Shown here piece after piece: positions 1 to 9,200 of a stretch of DNA of 64,000 nt. Position numbers and translations under genes: made by a program. Source of the stretch: a virus; IMG/VR virus record IMGVR_UViG_3300032307_000370, positions 63,726 to 127,725 of that record, one strand, 5' to 3'. The first letter of the stretch is position 1, and each line of letters opens with the position of its first letter. The notes under the pieces are model-generated. The model was not told the origin of the DNA and searched no databases. It saw only the letters and a program-made list of their open reading frames with translations.

Positions 1-1
1 G

Positions 2-409
2 TCTGTAATGAGAGCATTTGAGGCAATGTGTCACGAACTAAATTTGGTTGGGTGGACCGCAACACAAGGTAATAGAAGTTCTATCTCCTCTGAGGTTGTA
101 ACAACGGATCAGATGGGTGGATCTATTAAGAAAGCACAAGTTGGACACGTTATCATTTCCGTGGCTAAAACTTTACAACAAAAAGAAATGAAATTGGCAA
201 CTATTGCAATTACTAAATCAAGAATAGGTGATGATGGGGTTGTATTTGAGAATTGTAAATTTGATAATGCAATGTTGGAAATAGACACCGAAAGTTCAAT
301 GACATTCTTGGGATTAGAAGAAAAGCAAGAAGAAAGACAAAGACAAAGAGTTAAAGAATTGTTGGAAAAAAGACAACAAAGACAAAAAGACGAAACAAAA
401 AATAATTAA
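2..409 (+). CDS. Replicative DNA helicase (DnaB/T4 gp41-like), C-terminal part; 5' end lies outside the window
   Basis: Frame is open from base 2. [10 protein letters not shown]...[19 protein letters not shown] matches the C-terminal SF4 helicase motifs, followed by a charged tail. Confidence 0.8.
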   Translation, partial: SVMRAFEAMCHELNLVGWTATQGNRSSISSEVVTTDQMGGSIKKAQVGHVIISVAKTLQQKEMKLATIAITKSRIGDDGVVFENCKFDNAMLEIDTESSMTFLGLEEKQEERQRQRVKELLEKRQQRQKDETKNN

Positions 410-422
410 AAATTTAAAGAAA

Positions 423-1370
423 ATGGAAAAAATATTAGTTGAAAATCCTAATAGGTTTGTCATCTTCCCAATTGAGCATAATGATATTTGGGAATTTTAC
501 AAAATGCATCAAGCGGCTTTTTGGACCGCTGAGGAGGTTGATTTAACGAATGATATTCGTGATTGGGAAAAATTGACGGATAATGAGAAGTTCTTTGTAA
601 AGAACGTATTATCGTTTTTTGCGGCTTCTGATGGAATAGTTAATGAGAATTTAGCTGAAAACTTTTACCGAGAGGTACAATACCCTGAGGCTAAGTTCTT
701 CTATGGATTCCAATTAGCAATGGAAAACATTCACTCATTAATGTATTCGTTATTAATCGACACTTATATTAATGATCCAAAAGAAAAAGATGAGTGTTTT
801 AATGCAATTGAGAACTTACCTGCGGTTAAAAAGAAAGCAAATTGGGCGTTAAATTGGATTGATAATTCATCATTCCAAGAAAGATTAGTTGCATTTGCGG
901 CGGTTGAAGGAATCTTCTTTTCGGGATCATTCTGTTCTATTTTTTGGATGAAATCAAGAGGTATTATGCAGGGATTATGTAATGCTAACTCTTTAATTTT
1001 TAAAGATGAGAACTTACATTGTGATTTCGCGATACATTTGTTAAATAACCACTGTGATGAAAAACCATCAGAGAAAAGAATAAAAGAAATCCTTCTATCT
1101 GCTCTTGAGATTGAAAAAGAATTCATAACTGAATCATTACCTGTGTCACTAATTGGAATGAACTCAAATTTAATGAAACAATATTTGGAGTTTGTTGTGG
1201 ATGGATTACTTGTTAAACTTGGTTGTAGTAAACAATTTAATGTAGAACAACCATTTAAGTTCATGGAGCAAATTGCGGTTGAAACCAAAGGAAATTTCTT
1301 TGAATCAAGAACGATGGAATATCAAAAAGCAAAATTGAACGAAACTATCACGTTTGAAGAAGATTTTTAA
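423..1370 (+). CDS. nrdB: Ribonucleotide reductase class Ia beta subunit
   Basis: Di-iron motifs [31 protein letters not shown] and DENLH; W in AAFWTAEE; C-terminal NFFE. Confidence 0.97.
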   Translation: MEKILVENPNRFVIFPIEHNDIWEFYKMHQAAFWTAEEVDLTNDIRDWEKLTDNEKFFVKNVLSFFAASDGIVNENLAENFYREVQYPEAKFFYGFQLAMENIHSLMYSLLIDTYINDPKEKDECFNAIENLPAVKKKANWALNWIDNSSFQERLVAFAAVEGIFFSGSFCSIFWMKSRGIMQGLCNANSLIFKDENLHCDFAIHLLNNHCDEKPSEKRIKEILLSALEIEKEFITESLPVSLIGMNSNLMKQYLEFVVDGLLVKLGCSKQFNVEQPFKFMEQIAVETKGNFFESRTMEYQKAKLNETITFEEDF

Positions 1371-1381
1371 ATAAAAAATAT

Positions 1382-3814
1382 ATGATGTCACTTAAAATAC
1401 TTAAAAGAGATGGGGATAATGTATCATTTAACCCACAAAAAATTTATAATCGTGTAAAACGAGCAGCAAAAGGTTTGAATGTCAATTCGGACGAGATTTT
1501 TATTAAGGTTATTACCTCAGTTCCAACTGAGGGTGAAATAACAACAAAAGAATTAGATAAACTTGTGTATGAAATTGCGGCTTCATATACTGGTAGTCAT
1601 CACGATTACTCAAGATTAGCATCATCAGTTGCTATTTCATCATACCATAAAGAAACTAACCCTAGTTTTTCTGAAACTATGATGATACTTTATAGTGATG
1701 GTATTATACACGATAAATTAATTGAAACCATTAAAGAATATGGTGAAGATACAATTGATGCTGTAATTAATCACGATAATGATTATAATTTTGATTACTT
1801 TGCTTGGAGATCATTACAAGAAATGTATCTATTAAAAAGACCTAATGGGGTTACGATAGAGAGACCACAACATATGTATATGAGAATTGCATTGTGGGTT
1901 ACCGAAAGTTTTGTTGAAGCGGTTGAATATTATAAATCATTATCAAACCAACTAATTTCTAAAGCAACACCAATTATGATCAATTCAGGTACAAAAGTAC
2001 CTCAATTGGCGTCTTGTGTTTTGCATTATAACAATTCAGATTCAAGAAAAGGATTGTTAGATACATTAACTGATATTTCAACATTCTCGTCAGACGCTGC
2101 GGGTATTGGATTATCAATGTCAAATATTAGAAGTAAGGAAAGTAGAATTTCAAGTTCAGGTGGATATGCTGGTGGTTTATTAAAGTATCTTAAAATTGTA
2201 AATGAATCATTACGTTTCTTTAATCAACAAGGACGTAGACCTGGATCTGCGGCGATTTATCTTGAGCCTTGGCATAAAGATATTATTGATCTATTAGATA
2301 TTAAAAAGAATACAGGTGCGGAGGAATTAAGGGCACGTGATTTATTTACCGCTCTTTGGTTACCTGATAATTTCATGAAAGCGGTAAAAAATAATACAGA
2401 TTGGTATTTGTTCTGTCCTAATGATATTATTAGTGCTGGATTGAAACCATTACAAGAATGTTATGGTGAAGAATATGAAGAAGTTTATAATAAAGCCGTA
2501 GAAATGGGGTTAGGTAAAAAAGTTTCGGCTCAAACAATATGGACTAAGATTATTGAATCTCAGGTAGAAACAGGAGTTCCTTATTTGTGTTCTAAAGATA
2601 GTGCAAATAGAAAAACAAACCATCAGAATATTGGGGTTATTAAACAATCAAACCTTTGTAATGAGATTTATCAGTACACCGATGAAGAAACAACCGCAAT
2701 CTGTACTCTATCATCTATTGTATTGAAAAACTTTGTTAAAAATAATAAATTTGACTTCCAATTGTTATTTGAGGAAGTTAGAAAAGTTGTTAGAACTTTA
2801 AATAAAGTTGTTGATATTAATAACTACTCAACACAAAAAGGATTGAAAGGTGGTTTAGAACAACGAGCAATCGCAATTGGCACACAAGGATTAGCGGATG
2901 TGTTCTATTTACTTGACATGATCTTTACTGACGAGGAGGCAAAAACTCTAAATAAACAAATCTTTGAGACAATTTATTATGGGGCGATTTACGAAAGTAA
3001 TGACTTATGTAAAAAAGAAAAATACAAACCATACAAATTCTTCAAAGGATCTCCAATGTCAAAAGGTATTTTCCAATATGATATGTGGGGATTAACTGAA
3101 AATGATTTATCCGGATATTGGGATTGGAATAAATTAAAGAATGACGTTTCAGAATACGGAGTATGTAATTCTTTATTTACGGCACAAATGCCGGTAGCAT
3201 CTTCAGCTAAGATTACTGGTTCATTTGAAATGACAGAACCGGCTCACTCGGCATTATTTAATAGAAGAGTTGTTGGTGGTGAAATTATGATTGTTAACAA
3301 ATATTTGATTGCTGACTTTGAGAAAATTGGTATTTGGTCTGAAGATTTAAAGAATGAAATTATAATGAATGAGGGATCAATTCAAAACATAAACTTTAAC
3401 AATTATTTAGATCCTGAGGATAAAAATTACAATAAGAAAGTAAAAAGAATCGAACACTTAATTCCTAAATACAAAACAATTTGGGAGATTTCACAGAAAG
3501 AATTAATTAATATGGCGGCAGACAGAGCACCATTTATTGATCAATCACAATCAATGAATATCTATATGTCTAACCCAACATTATCAAAGATTACCTCATC
3601 ACATTTCCATTCATGGGAAAAAGGATTGAAAACTTTATGTTATTATGTTAGAACTAAAGCAATTTCAACAGGGGCAAAACACTTAGCGTTAGATTTAAGT
3701 AAACGAGAAAAACCGAAGGTAACACCTGAACCACCAAAGGTTGATTTTTCAAATATGAATTTACCACCAAAACCTGATAGTTCAGAGTTTGAGTGTTTTG
3801 GATGTTCATCGTAA
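1382..3814 (+). CDS. nrdA: Ribonucleotide reductase class Ia alpha subunit with N-terminal ATP cone
   Basis: ATP cone KRDG..FNPQKI; ATP..NSGT; SCVL; QGRRPGS; SNLCNEI (radical Cys); CTLSS; KTLCYYVR; C-terminal CFGCSS. Confidence 0.97.
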   Translation: MMSLKILKRDGDNVSFNPQKIYNRVKRAAKGLNVNSDEIFIKVITSVPTEGEITTKELDKLVYEIAASYTGSHHDYSRLASSVAISSYHKETNPSFSETMMILYSDGIIHDKLIETIKEYGEDTIDAVINHDNDYNFDYFAWRSLQEMYLLKRPNGVTIERPQHMYMRIALWVTESFVEAVEYYKSLSNQLISKATPIMINSGTKVPQLASCVLHYNNSDSRKGLLDTLTDISTFSSDAAGIGLSMSNIRSKESRISSSGGYAGGLLKYLKIVNESLRFFNQQGRRPGSAAIYLEPWHKDIIDLLDIKKNTGAEELRARDLFTALWLPDNFMKAVKNNTDWYLFCPNDIISAGLKPLQECYGEEYEEVYNKAVEMGLGKKVSAQTIWTKIIESQVETGVPYLCSKDSANRKTNHQNIGVIKQSNLCNEIYQYTDEETTAICTLSSIVLKNFVKNNKFDFQLLFEEVRKVVRTLNKVVDINNYSTQKGLKGGLEQRAIAIGTQGLADVFYLLDMIFTDEEAKTLNKQIFETIYYGAIYESNDLCKKEKYKPYKFFKGSPMSKGIFQYDMWGLTENDLSGYWDWNKLKNDVSEYGVCNSLFTAQMPVASSAKITGSFEMTEPAHSALFNRRVVGGEIMIVNKYLIADFEKIGIWSEDLKNEIIMNEGSIQNINFNNYLDPEDKNYNKKVKRIEHLIPKYKTIWEISQKELINMAADRAPFIDQSQSMNIYMSNPTLSKITSSHFHSWEKGLKTLCYYVRTKAISTGAKHLALDLSKREKPKVTPEPPKVDFSNMNLPPKPDSSEFECFGCSS

Positions 3815-3836
3815 GATGGATCGCGTATCATCAAAG

Positions 3837-3868
3837 AAATCCCGGAGTAATTCGGGATTTTTTATTTT
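3837..3868 (+). terminator. Intrinsic terminator after nrdA
   Basis: AAATCCCGGA-GTAA-TTCGGGATTT 10-bp stem (one G-U) with GNRA loop, followed by a T-rich tract. Confidence 0.85.
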
Positions 3869-3900
3869 GTAATGTATTTATTCAAAAATTATTGAGAGTA

Positions 3901-3907
3901 TATTTAT
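3901..3907 (+). promoter_or_regulatory. TATTTAT putative late promoter element (second copy at 3875-3881)
   Basis: 5 nt upstream of the baseplate operon ATG; the same heptamer recurs before many structural genes. Confidence 0.55.
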
Positions 3908-3912
3908 TGAAT

Positions 3913-4371
3913 ATGGCAAATGGAATAACATATGGTATAAATTTCCCGTTTAGAGATTCGTTCGTTGGTAGATATTTAGATACTTCTAACGATAGTGATG
4001 AGGAAATAAGAAGTAATCTTGTACACTTATTATTAAGTAAAAAAGGGACAAGATATTTTTTACCCGATTTTGGATCAAGATTATATGAATATATCTTTGA
4101 ACCGTTAGATGGTCCAACATTTAGTGAGATAGAAAGTGAAATAAGGGATTCGGTTGCTAAATATATGCCGGGAATCTTAATTACTAGTATTAAGATTACT
4201 GACGCATCAATGGGGGAAGAAAATCAAGGTACTTATATAAACCAATATGGTGAGAAAGAATTTACGGTTCCAAACATTGCTCAATTAGAACACACGGCAA
4301 AAGTAAGAATTGATTATAGAAACACTAATAACGCTTTCAATTCAAGCGATTTTGTAATTATCAATATTTAA
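3913..4371 (+). CDS. Baseplate wedge protein, gp25/GPW-like
   Basis: GINFPF...IRSNLVHLLLSKKGTRYFLPDFGSRLYEYIFEP is the gp25 family signature. True start is ATG 3913, because the ORF-track extension runs through the terminator. Confidence 0.9.
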   Translation: MANGITYGINFPFRDSFVGRYLDTSNDSDEEIRSNLVHLLLSKKGTRYFLPDFGSRLYEYIFEPLDGPTFSEIESEIRDSVAKYMPGILITSIKITDASMGEENQGTYINQYGEKEFTVPNIAQLEHTAKVRIDYRNTNNAFNSSDFVIINI

Positions 4372-4377
4372 TAGTAT

Positions 4378-6216
4378 ATGGCAAATAAAAAAATATCGTA
4401 CACAACGAGAGATTTTGCGGGAATAAGAACTGAACTTATAAATTTCACAAGAACTTATTATCCCGATCTTGTTCAAAACTTTAACGATGCTGGTGTATTC
4501 TCAGTATTGTTAGATTTAAATGCTGCGGTAACAGACAACTTACAGTTCCAAATTGACAGAAGTATTCAGGAAACTGTTCTTCAATATGCACAACAAAAAT
4601 CATCGGTATATAATATTGCTAGAACATATGGATTAAAAATACCAGGATCAAGACCATCCGTGGCTTTAGTTGATTTCTCCATAACTGTACCGGCTTTTGG
4701 TGATAAAGAAGATTTAAGATACTGTGGTATATTAAGAAGAGGGTCCCAAGTGAATGGTGCAGGGCAACCATTTGAAACAGTTTATGATATTGATTTCGCT
4801 TCACCAACTAATGCTGAAGGATCACCTAATAGGGTAAAGGTGCCAAATTTTGACTCAAATAATAATATCATTAACTATACAATCACAAAAAGAGAAGTTG
4901 TTGTTAATGGTATAACAAAAGTTTTTAAGAGAGTTATAACACCAAATGATGTTAAACCATTCTTTGAATTATTTTTACCTGAGAAAAATGTTTTGGGTAT
5001 TACAAGTGTCTTACTTAAAGATGGGACGCAATATACTTCACCACCACCAAACCAAGAATTTTTAGGTTTGGAAAATAGATGGTATGAAGTACAAGCGTTG
5101 GCGGAAGATAGAGTTTTTGTTGAAGACCCAACAAAACCGTCAGATCAACCGGGAATTAAAGTTGGTAAGTATGTTGTAACGAACACTAAATTCATTAGTG
5201 AGTTCACACCTGAAGGATTTTGTAAATTAACGTTTGGGGGTGGAAATGTATCTGCTGATGAACAGTTAAGAGAATTTGCGAGAGACGGGGTAGGATTTGA
5301 CCTTAATAAGTATGTTAATAACCTTGCTTTAGGTAGTGCGTTAAAATCAAACTCTACGTTATTTGTTCAGTACAGAGTGGGTGGTGGACAAGCGACAAAC
5401 TTGGGGGTTAATATTATAACACAAATAGGTACAGTTTCATTTTTTGTGAACGGACCATCGGAATCAATAAATTCAACTGTTGTTAATTCACTTAGAGTAA
5501 ATAACGTAACTGCGGCAATTGGAGGGTCCAATCCTCCAACAACTGAAGAAGTTAGACAATACGTTACATATAACTTTGCTGCACAAAATAGGGCGGTTAC
5601 CATAAATGATTATGAATCTGCATTGAGAACAATGCCATCTCAGTTTGGGGCTCCCGGTAAAGTATCTATTGTTGAAGAAAATAATAAAATTAAAATTAAG
5701 ATGTTATCTTACGATACCACCGGTAATTTAACTGAAGTCGTTTCAAATACACTTAAAAGTAATGTTGCAAATTATTTATCTAATTATAGGATGATAAATG
5801 ATTACATTTCTGTTGAAACCGCTAATGTTATTGACTTAGCAATTGATGTTGACGTTATTTTGGACTCAAGTCAAAATCAAGGATCTGTTGTTGCTAAGAT
5901 CATTAATATAATCACTTCGTATTTTAGTCCTGCGGTTAGAGGTTTAGGTCAAAACGTTTACATCTCAGAAATACGACGATTAATCCAAAGTGAAAATGGA
6001 GTTATTTCAATATCCAATATACTTGTTTATAATAAAGTTGGTGGTCAATATTCGTCTTCTCAAACATCACAACCATATGAAGATGCATCAACAAAACAAA
6101 TCCAATTAATTGCGGATACTATCTTTGCGGAACCAACCCAAATATATCAAATTAGATATCCAAATAAGGATATTACCGTTAATGTTCTTAACTTTAAAAC
6201 GATTAATTTCGCCTGA
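4378..6216 (+). CDS. Baseplate wedge subunit (T4 gp6 / baseplate J-like)
   Basis: RDFAGIRTELINF N-terminus; YRVGGG; AIGGSNPPTTEEVR; AQNRAVTINDYE; lies directly after gp25. Confidence 0.9.
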   Translation: MANKKISYTTRDFAGIRTELINFTRTYYPDLVQNFNDAGVFSVLLDLNAAVTDNLQFQIDRSIQETVLQYAQQKSSVYNIARTYGLKIPGSRPSVALVDFSITVPAFGDKEDLRYCGILRRGSQVNGAGQPFETVYDIDFASPTNAEGSPNRVKVPNFDSNNNIINYTITKREVVVNGITKVFKRVITPNDVKPFFELFLPEKNVLGITSVLLKDGTQYTSPPPNQEFLGLENRWYEVQALAEDRVFVEDPTKPSDQPGIKVGKYVVTNTKFISEFTPEGFCKLTFGGGNVSADEQLREFARDGVGFDLNKYVNNLALGSALKSNSTLFVQYRVGGGQATNLGVNIITQIGTVSFFVNGPSESINSTVVNSLRVNNVTAAIGGSNPPTTEEVRQYVTYNFAAQNRAVTINDYESALRTMPSQFGAPGKVSIVEENNKIKIKMLSYDTTGNLTEVVSNTLKSNVANYLSNYRMINDYISVETANVIDLAIDVDVILDSSQNQGSVVAKIINIITSYFSPAVRGLGQNVYISEIRRLIQSENGVISISNILVYNKVGGQYSSSQTSQPYEDASTKQIQLIADTIFAEPTQIYQIRYPNKDITVNVLNFKTINFA

Positions 6217-6266
6217 TAATTTATTTTTCAAATAAAAGAATTATTTTTTGAAAATAGGAAATAAAC

Positions 6267-6273
6267 TATTTAT
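6267..6273 (+). promoter_or_regulatory. TATTTAT putative late promoter element
   Basis: 16 nt upstream of ATG 6290. Confidence 0.5.
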
Positions 6274-6289
6274 CAAGAAAGAATAAATA

Positions 6290-9200
6290 ATGCCAAAATC
6301 ATATAGAATACGTACAACACCTGGTACCGAGAAGACAATTAATATTCAGTTAGAGCAGGATTTTGAATTTTTGGAGATTTTATCTTTAAAGATTAATCAG
6401 GGTGACATATATAATAGAATGTGTTCTGATTACGGTGTTATAATCGGAAGGGTATTGGTGAACAATGGGTATGGAGTACCAAATGCGAGAGTTTCGGTAT
6501 TCATTCCAATTGACGACATTGATATTGACAACCCAATAATATCTGAACTTTATCCATATCAAACATTATCTGATGTAAGTGCCGATGGATATAGATATAA
6601 CTTATTACCTAAAGAACCGTCATACACAGGACACGCAGCTACAGGTACATTCCCATCTAAACAAGAAATTTTAACAGACCAATCTTATGTTGAGGTTTAT
6701 GACAAGTATTATAAATTCTCAGTAAGAACAAACGATAGTGGGGATTACATGATTTTTGGAGTCCCAACGGGAACCCAAACAATATTAATGGATGTTGACC
6801 TATCGGATATAGGTTGTTTTTCATTATCACCACAAGATTTAATAGATTCGGGTGTAGCTGTTGAATCACAAGTTAACGGATCTAAATTTAAGACATCTAC
6901 AAACCTTAACGAATTACCTCAGATTGTAACGTTAAATAAGATCATTGAAGTTGCTCCATTATGGGGGGAACCTGAAATTTGTTTATTAGGTATCACAAGA
7001 GCGGATTTTGATTTAACTGCGAGTGCGAATATTACCATAAAACCTAATGCTGTGTTTATGGGATCATTAATTTCAACTACCGATGATGATGCGGTTAGGG
7101 CAACAACTTGTAGACCAAAAAATGATACAGGTAATTTATGTGAATTAATTGCAGGACCCGGTCAAATATTAACAATTAGACAAACTATTGATGTGGATCA
7201 AGATGGTAGACCAATTCTTGAAACCCATGAATTAGATGAGGATGGTAAACTTATTGATGGTGACGGAACTTTTTTAATAAACGTCCCAATGAACTTAAAT
7301 TATATTATTACTAATGAATTTGGGGAACAAGTTTTGTCAAACGACCCTAAAAAAGGTATTCCAACTAAAGGTAAATATAGATTTAAATTTAAGTGGCAAA
7401 ATGAGCAGGGATTACAAAACTCATATTTAAGAGGTCATTATTTGGTTCCTAATATAAAAGAACACGGGTGGATTAACTCTTCTGTTGATCCATTAATAAA
7501 TTATTCGACAACACAATATCAGTTCACATTACCTAATGGTACTCTTACCGCAACATTCCCATTAAATAATACCTCAACAGGAGGATTGGTTTTAGATAAT
7601 AAAATTAATGTTGAAAGTTTTACAATTTTATTAAACGGTATACCATATTTTGGTGATTTGGAAAGTATTCCAATAACGGTTGTCCCAACAACTATCACAA
7701 TAAATGTGGTTCCTGTTAACCCTGGTACGTTAACTGAGTTTAATTATACATTTTATCAACAACCCACATTTAATGCCTTAAGATCATATGCATTTAGTTT
7801 AGATTGGAATGATTATGGTGATAATACAACGGTTGTTGGTCAACAAATGATACAAGAGGCAATTGATTGTGAAGATAAATTTTATGAATTTAATTACAAT
7901 AAAGTTTATACCACGGCAATGTTTTTAGATAGATACAAAAAAGGTGCTGGTAGAGCAAAACATTTAGGGATTAAAGAAATTGACGATAGAACTTGTAAAT
8001 CTACGGTTAATACATTTCCTGTTAATGATATAATTCGAAATTTTGATTTTATATTTTTTGTATTTAATTTATTAATTAATATCCTCGCTATACCAATATT
8101 AGTGATATTATTCCTTGCTCACTTTGTGGCTTGGTCTTGGCCGGTTTTAAAATATCTATTAGTGGTTTTAGGTATTTATTTTGGTTATCAGGCAATACAA
8201 GAAGGCATAACTGTTGTGAATTCAATTTTAGAGGGCACCACTGGTTTTGCAGTCCCTGGTGGTCCTGTAGTTAATGCGGGAGTTATTTTAAGAATTGCCG
8301 CACAACTTTTATCTGCGTTATTTAAGTTGGCATTATCGTTGGCATTTATTGCCTTTACTGCGATTTATTTAATAAAAATAACAAATTTCCCAAGAATTGG
8401 ATTACCAATGTTATCTTATCCTGAATGTACAAGTTGTGATTGTGATTGTGGTAATGCTGAGTTAGATGATGATATTGATGAGAATTCAGTTAATGCAAGT
8501 ATAGAAGAACAGCAAAATGGTTTGGATGATAGTGGAATAGAATATGCTCAATCAACATCATTTATTGCTCCTGTCAATTTATCTTCGGCTTATGATGTTA
8601 ATCACCCTAACTTAAATAACTTTCCGGGTGAAGATAGTAGTGATAATGACAAAGGTTATTTTTTCGCGGGAGCATCTTTATCAACAAACAAACAATATAA
8701 ATCACTTATTAATAGAGTTGTAGATGATGAAATAAGTGGTAATATTGTTGTGGATTCGGTTCTTGATTTTAGAAGATTGTTTTCTGGGTTTGATATTTTA
8801 TCAAGTACGACTGATCCTAATGCGTTTAATAAGTTTCACGCACCACAACCATTCTTATTTGCCGCTGAAAAAACAACAGGTTTGGATCATAGATGGTTTG
8901 GGTATCCAAGAAGTGAGACATATCCTCAAAAATTAAATGAATTTAATACTAGAGATAAATATTTTGGTAATATCGGAACAGGTGGTGGTTCTAACATAAT
9001 ACGAACTACGGTAAACCCCCAATTAAGTGTTGCTCCATATAACTTAGGTACTCAACCAACATTTACCGATCAAATCGTTGTTGTCTTAGCAAATGCGGGA
9101 ACAGCACAAAAATTAGGTATTGGTGAATTAGTTACATTCCAAGACCCTAATTTTGATAATGGACTTGTGATATCAAGAAAAGTAAACTTAACGGGAGCAA

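Noticed and set aside
764-1288. Antisense and alternative-frame ORFs in the track (e.g. 764-1288, 35387-35800, 39908-40291, 47207-47638, 52294-52725)
   Set aside because: They are shadows of well-supported genes, with no motifs or upstream signals.
3793-3912. N-terminal extension of gp25 shown in the ORF track
   Set aside because: It runs through the nrdA stop and terminator; the real start is ATG 3913.
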